A DNA stretch of 11,138 nt. Source: Fretibacterium sp. GTDB taxonomy: Bacteria; Synergistota; Synergistia; Synergistales; Aminobacteriaceae. Within the stretch, counting starts at the first letter, position 1, and each line of letters begins with the position of its first letter. A program made the position numbers and the translations under genes. The notes beneath the pieces are model-generated. The model had not been told where the DNA came from and did not search any database. It saw nothing but the letters and a program-made list of their open reading frames with translations. This document shows positions 8,401 through 11,138 of this stretch, piece by piece. The stretch lies in contig JAFUYV010000061.1 in NCBI GenBank assembly GCA_017476945.1, positions 1 to 11,138 on the forward strand. Reading direction: 5' to 3'.

Positions 8401-11138
8401 CCGTCAGGCCCTCGCAGCCGTCCAGCTTCAGCGACGTCAGCGCATTGCCGGAGCAGTCCAGCACCTCCAGCTTTTCACAGCCGCTGGCGTCCAGCTCCGT
8501 CAGGTTTTCGCAGCCGGTGATCCTCAGCTCCTTCAGGTTCGGAAAGGCCGCCAGCCCGGAGAGGCTGGTCAGGTTCCCGCCGCCGCGGAACGAGAGGCTC
8601 TCGATTTTGTCCAGCTCATACCGCCCCGCGTTGTCGATGAGCTGCTGGAGGTTCGAGGCGGAGGAGTTCTCGACGTCCAGCGCCGTCCGCGCCGTGATGT
8701 CGATGTCCAGCCTGGCTGTGGTCTCCCCGCCGGCAGCCTTCGCCGTGGCCGCCGCCACGAAATTCCCCGACGCCTGCGGCGTGCCGGTGATGGTCAGCGC
8801 ATTGGCCGAAAAGCTCCCGCTCAGGCCCGCGGGAAGCCCGCTGACGCTCCATTGATAATTGGCCTCTGGACTTATCGTAAAGGTGGCGGCAGCCGTATAC
8901 TCCTTCCCCGCTGTCCCCGATGGCAGCGTCACGGATGCGGGGGTGATTTTGATGTCAGAACTGAGGAGGATGATGGTGTGAGTCAGCGTGGCTGTGCCCG
9001 TTCCGCCGGGGCTGGCGGCCGTGACGCTGAGGTCGAAACCGCCGAGCTTGTTGGGTGTGCCGGAGGCGCTGAGCGTTCCATCCTTGATGGAGTAGTTCAG
9101 GCCGTTGTCCGGTGCGCTTGTGATGCTCCAGGTATAGTTCAAGCCCGCAGGGTCCACGGTGAGGGCGGTGGACTCCGAGAAGAAATTGCCCATCGAACCG
9201 TTCTTCAGGGACGCCGTGATTTTGACGTCAGCAGGGTTAACGATAACCCTCAGATCCGCCGTGGAGGACAGGCCGCCATCGCCGGCCGGGGCCGTCACCT
9301 TGACCGTGAGGGTGTAATCGTCCGCCGACGTGGGCGTGCCGCTGAGGATGAGCTCGCCCGGAGTGGTTGTGAACTCCGCGCTCATACCGGGGATGTCCGC
9401 CTTCTCAACTGCCCAGGTATAATCGGCGTTTGAAAAGTTGTTGACGCTGAGGGAGGAGACGGAAAAGACGGCCTTCTCCGCCGTGTAGTTCGTCCCCGCT
9501 GTCAGCGTCATGCTGGCCGGAGCGGCGACTGAGGGCGCGATGATGAGCGTCAGCTCCTTTGACGTGCTGTTCTGGCTGCCCCCCTCCCTGGCTGTGGCCG
9601 TCGCCGTGAGCGTGTAGATCCCGCTGCCTTCTGGTGTGCCGGAGACAGCACCGGTGGCCGGGTCGAAGGTCAGTCCTGCGGGAAGGCCGCTGAGCTCACG
9701 GACAAGGGCGCCGCCCGCAGCGTCCATGTCCACGGTGGCGGAATACGCCTCCCCGGCCTGGCCGTTGGGGAGGGAGGCCGTCAAAATTTTGACGCCCAGG
9801 GGTTCCACGGCGCCGATGGTCGGGCTTTCGACGTTCCGGGAATAGCCAAGCTGATCCAAACCTACAATTTCTTCATCTACAATGTAATTTTCCGTACTGT
9901 TCTTGTAAAATTCAAATTCTTTTATGAACTCATTGAAATTCGCCACGCTCTCGCCTGTCAGGGGTTTAGAACCCTCCGTCTCCACCCCGACCACCTTGAA
10001 AACAGTGTGAGGGACCCCGTTCACCGCATATTCTTTCTCTTCAAGGCGACCGCTCGATATTGTCACGCACCCATCATCCAAAACAACGTTGCCAGAAGAA
10101 TTTACGATGTGCTCCACCGTATTAACCGCATTTGTCATAAAGGCACAATGTCTCGCCCGAACATAGTCTTTATTCTGTGCGTTCACACGTACATAAAACG
10201 GCTTCTCAGCAAACGCCCCCGTATTCCAGACATAAGAATTAATAAAAGGATGCAAATAGCCTGTCTCGTTAGAGTTCGAAACCCCGTTAGCGGAAATATC
10301 GGCTCCATATTGGGCGCGGTTCTCAACAAAGGAACATTGAACCACTTTCGTGTTCTTGTTATATTTGTCGAAAAATATTCCCCCTCCACCAGTTGTTTCT
10401 TTTGTGCCTGTCGCCTCATTTTGCGTGAAGGTACAATTGATGAACGCCGGCCCCCCATCCGCGTACACTCCGCCTCCACTTGTTCCAGCCCTGTTCCCCT
10501 TAAAGGTACACTGAAAAATTCCGAAGCTTCCCTGGCCAGAGTGTATTCCACCACCCTGTGACCCCGCCTCATTCTCAATAAAGGCGCAATTGACAATATC
10601 AGGGTAAGTGCCCGTGCCATTAATAGCCAGGCCTCCACCCGGTTTTTCGCTCTTATTTTCTCTAAAAATGCAGTCTCTTACTTCCGTACTGGCAAGCACA
10701 AAGTAAAGGAAAACGCCCCCACCCCGACTTTGGGTTCCCTTCGTAGCGTTTTTTTCAAAAATGCAACTTATCAACCTGAGATTGTTTCCCTTCGCCGCAT
10801 ACAATCCACCACCGCCTGCGGCGGCCAAGCCAATATTAGTTACATTATTGGAGAATTTACAGTTTATTACCTCCGGGGCACCGACGCCCCCGACATAAAG
10901 CCCGCCGCCATAAGTATTCGATGTTGCCGTAAGCTCATTATCTTTAAAAACGCACTGTCTCACCGCCGGGCTGGCGTCAATGATGTACATTCCTCCGCCA
11001 TAGCTGTTTTTATTGCCGCTACCGCCTACTGTCCCTGTTCCTCCCGTGATGGTAAAGCCATCAATGCGGGTGTTCTCCGGCGTCGCATCAGGGTCTGTGC
11101 AGGTGACGACGGAGAACGCGCCACCGTTTGCGTCCAAG
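5474..11138 (-). CDS. Giant cell-surface adhesin-like protein (more than 1887 aa; the N-terminus lies beyond the window). It has a Pmp-like beta-helix module, multiple He_PIG-type Ig-like domains, two 21-aa leucine-rich-repeat blocks, and a C-terminal Cys-containing sorting signal.
   Basis: The frame is open from the window edge down to TGA 5474-5476. The beta-helix repeats (for example NCKFSNN, GGGGLY, CIFEKN, CTFKGNRAGTSGGGVY) occupy about 9850-11138. He_PIG-like domains follow, for example SLPNGQAGEAYSATVDMDAAGGALVRELSGLPAGLTFDPATGAVSGTPEGSGIYTLTATA. The first LRR block, (LTELDASGCEKLEVLDCSGNA)xN, is at about 8090-8660, and the second is at about 5998-6530. The C-terminus is ...SSNNDGGGCAAGLPTLALLLLPVLARKRG*. 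Confidence 0.9.
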   Translation of the reverse strand, partial: LDANGGAFSVVTCTDPDATPENTRIDGFTITGGTGTVGGSGNKNSYGGGMYIIDASPAVRQCVFKDNELTATSNTYGGGLYVGGVGAPEVINCKFSNNVTNIGLAAAGGGGLYAAKGNNLRLISCIFEKNATKGTQSRGGGVFLYFVLASTEVRDCIFRENKSEKPGGGLAINGTGTYPDIVNCAFIENEAGSQGGGIHSGQGSFGIFQCTFKGNRAGTSGGGVYADGGPAFINCTFTQNEATGTKETTGGGGIFFDKYNKNTKVVQCSFVENRAQYGADISANGVSNSNETGYLHPFINSYVWNTGAFAEKPFYVRVNAQNKDYVRARHCAFMTNAVNTVEHIVNSSGNVVLDDGCVTISSGRLEEKEYAVNGVPHTVFKVVGVETEGSKPLTGESVANFNEFIKEFEFYKNSTENYIVDEEIVGLDQLGYSRNVESPTIGAVEPLGVKILTASLPNGQAGEAYSATVDMDAAGGALVRELSGLPAGLTFDPATGAVSGTPEGSGIYTLTATATAREGGSQNSTSKELTLIIAPSVAAPASMTLTAGTNYTAEKAVFSVSSLSVNNFSNADYTWAVEKADIPGMSAEFTTTPGELILSGTPTSADDYTLTVKVTAPAGDGGLSSTADLRVIVNPADVKITASLKNGSMGNFFSESTALTVDPAGLNYTWSITSAPDNGLNYSIKDGTLSASGTPNKLGGFDLSVTAASPGGTGTATLTHTIILLSSDIKITPASVTLPSGTAGKEYTAAATFTISPEANYQWSVSGLPAGLSGSFSANALTITGTPQASGNFVAAATAKAAGGETTARLDIDITARTALDVENSSASNLQQLIDNAGRYELDKIESLSFRGGGNLTSLSGLAAFPNLKELRITGCENLTELDASGCEKLEVLDCSGNALTSLKLDGCEGLTELDCSGNGLVELDLSTCEGLRKLDCSGNELARLDVSACVNLERLDCSGNKLTVLNLSGCADLTSLDCSANALPKLDLSDCVSLETLDCSDNQLAALALEENTALTTVDYSGQARPNGLTVSTTGVDSVVHLSSFVESSLGALDRVDQVLWNGSTPAVSYDGTTGVAVFADGTAPTSITYRYDTKAPAEAALAGGEAMMVTLRGEVSVGKYSVTITSSMGDQSTQEGSSYNDPLWVSTVPSGLDVRWEAEGLPEGLTIGNLDGDRYLGQISGHPTPVGTYLITVRATASKDGVSFSDTRTFTLTVNPAVTITTTSLPPAIRGLEYSTLLEADVAGDSGRSMKWLVRGSDRLISKEKGLLSLSETTLSGKTSTTVLGGKPLYAGIYTVHVEAQLTNGGVLCVDSRDLELEVKDITVSPAQVVLPDATVGQEYSATQALSVAPEGMTYEWVLGGVPEGMTCKISGDVFSISGRPTANRTFLIYAWAAVEGESSNEAVLSLTVNPAEVSVTQASLNPSSATAGEAYSGQMSLAASPAGLSYAWSVSGLPGGLTFDPVTHTITGTPAEAGTYPLVVTATGGGGVGKKTVTFAIKSPSGGEAGGGLSLAVDASAGSVSEFVSNLGEALAKEVTKLEVSANENITEVDLSGSELPSLTELNVRDCPNLTAVNASGNESLKSLNVSGCEALETVDAKGSPVLEKVDASGSENLKTLDVSDCGALTELKAADCESLTELKANDCGALESLDVSGCTNLTELDVSSNKLGELNVRECKSLTSLKCSTNKLTSLKGLDDCRQLQELFCQGNGLAALFVPRSLFPYLTRLDCGGQKRSDLSFQRQGDVFQVRIGAYTRASVVAAEGAGTVRIAGLARLSASDFDNVTGVVGYNSAGGEIAVIYDVETGVASFASAPAAVTYQYRTGFEEDGAEVLMDVSLTQGAPADEDRDGGENSDVSSNNDGGGCAAGLPTLALLLLPVLARKRG
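8130..8462. repeat. Intragenic tandem repeats with a 63-bp period (at least 6 units) encoding the 21-aa LRR units of gene B
   Basis: The 18-mer TTGCCGGAGCAGTCCAGC, or close variants of it, recurs at 8130, 8193, 8256, 8319, 8382 and 8445, exactly 63 nt apart. Confidence 0.7.

Noticed and set aside
8130-8462. Regularly spaced 63-bp repeats, which could be mistaken for a CRISPR array
   Set aside because: The repeats are in-frame coding units of 21 aa each within a continuous ORF. There is no repeat-spacer structure with unique spacers and no leader.
5672-9433. Long +strand ORFs 5672..6628, 6066..6704, 6737..7396, 7739..9433 and 8085..8855, and minus-strand off-frame ORFs 5787..6365, 7810..8031, 7965..8228 and 8616..8852
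   Set aside because: These are shadows of gene B. The repetitive 'LQ'/'SLTFSS' patterns are the LRR tandem repeats read in the wrong frame.
10007-10638. Overlapping ORFs 10007..10561 (+) and 10183..10638 (-) in the low-GC segment
   Set aside because: Both lie inside gene B, whose in-frame translation there carries clear Pmp-type beta-helix repeats. Neither small ORF has an RBS or a recognizable family.

Overview
This is a high-GC (~65%) bacterial chromosomal segment. Every credible gene lies on the minus strand, and all long plus-strand ORFs in the track read as antisense shadows of those genes.

Features, in order along the minus strand (high to low coordinates):
- **Gene B (5474..11138, 5'-partial).** A giant cell-surface protein of more than 1887 aa. 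It carries a Pmp-like parallel beta-helix module, He_PIG-type Ig-like domains and two blocks of 21-aa leucine-rich repeats. It ends in a Cys-containing tripartite sorting signal.
- **Gene A (2388..5366).** A 992-aa paralog-like surface protein with a Sec signal peptide, Pmp-type GGxxY/FxxN beta-helix repeats and the same type of C-terminal sorting signal.
- **SPFH gene (1247..2050).** A stomatin/band-7 family protein with no NfeD partner.
- **RelB/RelE-like toxin-antitoxin pair.** The antitoxin start overlaps the SPFH stop (ATGA). The RelE-like toxin appears to have lost its catalytic C-terminus (GHRREVY) through a +1 frameshift in a homopolymer.
- **alaS (1..837, 3'-partial).** The 5' part of alanyl-tRNA synthetase.

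Observations worth a second look:
- The N-terminal beta-helix module of gene B (about 9845-11138) has sharply lower GC, about 45-50%, with the transition in-frame at a conserved domain junction.
- The same novel-looking 'N(N/D)GxGGCxAG + TM + K/R-rich' C-terminal sorting signal appears on both giant proteins.
- There are intragenic 63-bp tandem repeats and a large internal duplication in gene B.
- The intergenic regions contain a tandem 26-bp repeat plus palindrome, GC hairpins and candidate promoters.
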